In this document: one piece after another, positions 62,770 to 64,000 of the stretch | How the letters are laid out: the number at the start of each line of letters is the position of its first letter | How positions within the stretch are numbered: the first letter of the stretch is position 1 | NCBI GenBank assembly: GCA_040954595.2 | Contig: CM082597.2 | Coordinates: 2,120,422 to 2,184,421 of the forward strand | Source of the DNA: Balanoglossus misakiensis | Lineage: Eukaryota > Animalia > Hemichordata | DNA length: 64,000 bases | Reading direction: 5' to 3' | Program-made: the position numbers and the translations under genes | Notes under the pieces: model-generated | Databases searched by the model: none | Told to the model about the DNA's origin: nothing | What the model saw: only the letters and a program-made list of their open reading frames with translations

Positions 62770-64000
62770 TTTTGAACATTTTTCATGGGTTATACATCAT
62801 GATTTTTTTTTCAAAAAATGACAAATTTTCACTTGCCGAATTTTCATATTTTGGGCCTCTTTGGACATTTTTCATGGGTTAACCATCATGGTTTTTGTCG
62901 AAAAACCACGAATTTTCGAGTTGCCGGATTTCGAGATTTTCGGCCTTTTTCAACATTTGTCATGGGTTAACCATCATGGTTTTTGTCGAAAAACCACGAA
63001 TTTTCGAGTTGCCGGATTTCGAGATTTTCGGCCTTTTTCAACATTTTTCATGGGTTAACCATCATGGTTTTTGTCGAAAAACCACGAATTTTCGAGTTGC
63101 CGGATTTCGAGATTTTCGGCCTTTTTCAACATTTTTCATGGGTTAACCATCATGGTTTTTGTCGAAAAACCGCGAATTTTCGAGTTGCCGGATTTCGAGA
63201 TTTTCGGCCTTTTTCAACATTTTTCATGTGTTAACCATCATGGTTTTTGTCGAAAAACCGCGAATTTTCGAGTTGCCGAATTTCGAGATTTTCGGCCGAT
63301 TTGAGCATTTTTCATGTGTTAACCATCATGGTTTTTGTCGAAAAACCGCGAATTTTCGAGTTGCCGAATTTCGAGATTTTCGGCCGATTTGAGCATTTTT
63401 CATGGGTTAACCATCATGGTTTTTGTCGAAAAACCGCGAATTTTCGAGTTGCCGAATTTCGAGATTTTCGGCCGATTTGAACATTTTTCATGGGTTAACC
63501 ATCATGGTTTTTGTCGAAAAACCGCGAATTTTCGGGTTGCCGAATTTCGAGATTTTCGGCCGATTTGAACATTTTTCATGGGTTAACCATCATGGTTTTT
63601 GTCGAAAAACCGCGAATTTTCGAGTTGCCGAATTTCGAGATTTTCGGCCGATTTGAACATTTTTCATGGGTTAACCATCATGGTTTTTGTCGAAAAACCG
63701 CGAATTTTCGAGTTGCCGAATTTCGAGATTTTCGGCCGATTTGAACATTTTTCATGGGTTAACCATCATGGTTTTTGTCGAAAAACCGCGAATTTTCGAG
63801 TTGCCGAATTCCGAGATTTTCGGCCGATTTGAACATTTTTCATGGGTTAACCATCATGGTTTTTGTCGAAAAACCGCGAATTTTCGAGTTGCCAAATTTC
63901 GAGATTTTCGGCCGATTTGAACATTTTTCATGGGTTAACCATCATGGTTTTTGTCGGAAAACCGCGAATTTTCGAGTTGCCGAATTTCGAGATTTTCGGC
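62770..64000. repeat. 88-bp satellite array, ~14 copies, continuing beyond the window
   Basis: Unit catgggttaaccatcatggtttttgtcgaaaaaccgcgaattttcgagttgccgaatttcgagattttcggccgatttgaacattttt. ORFs recur every 88 nt, and the first copy is degenerate. Confidence 0.97.

Noticed and set aside
62861-63920. Series of 77-83 aa ORFs, and a possible CRISPR-like array
   Set aside because: The unit length of 88 is not a multiple of 3, there are no unique spacers or cas genes, and the context is eukaryotic. It is a satellite.

Overview
AT-rich, intron-containing animal genomic DNA (GT-AG introns; an invertebrate deuterostome is my guess, not proven). Two housekeeping genes lie head-to-head at the left end: DCAF8 (-) and PSMD9 (+). 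The following ~50 kb hold mostly small secretory-pathway genes that the ORF track largely misses because their exons are tiny. These are: a Glu-rich secreted protein with UCMA/augurin-like motifs (-); three paralogous signal peptide-LDLa-CAP genes (-); a galactose-3-O-sulfotransferase-family gene (+); a two-exon secreted protein with ~33 VSDDMIGR-type repeats (+); a 16-exon microexon-built prohormone-like precursor with five synonymously diverged copies of KR-RMHLGLR (-); a CD225/dispanin gene (+); and a probable long-intron gene for a 6-Cys CART/prokineticin-like peptide (+). There is also a ~128-bp intronic tandem repeat and an 88-bp satellite that runs off the right end. All gene models were assembled by eye from splice signals and reading-frame phase; no database searches were run.
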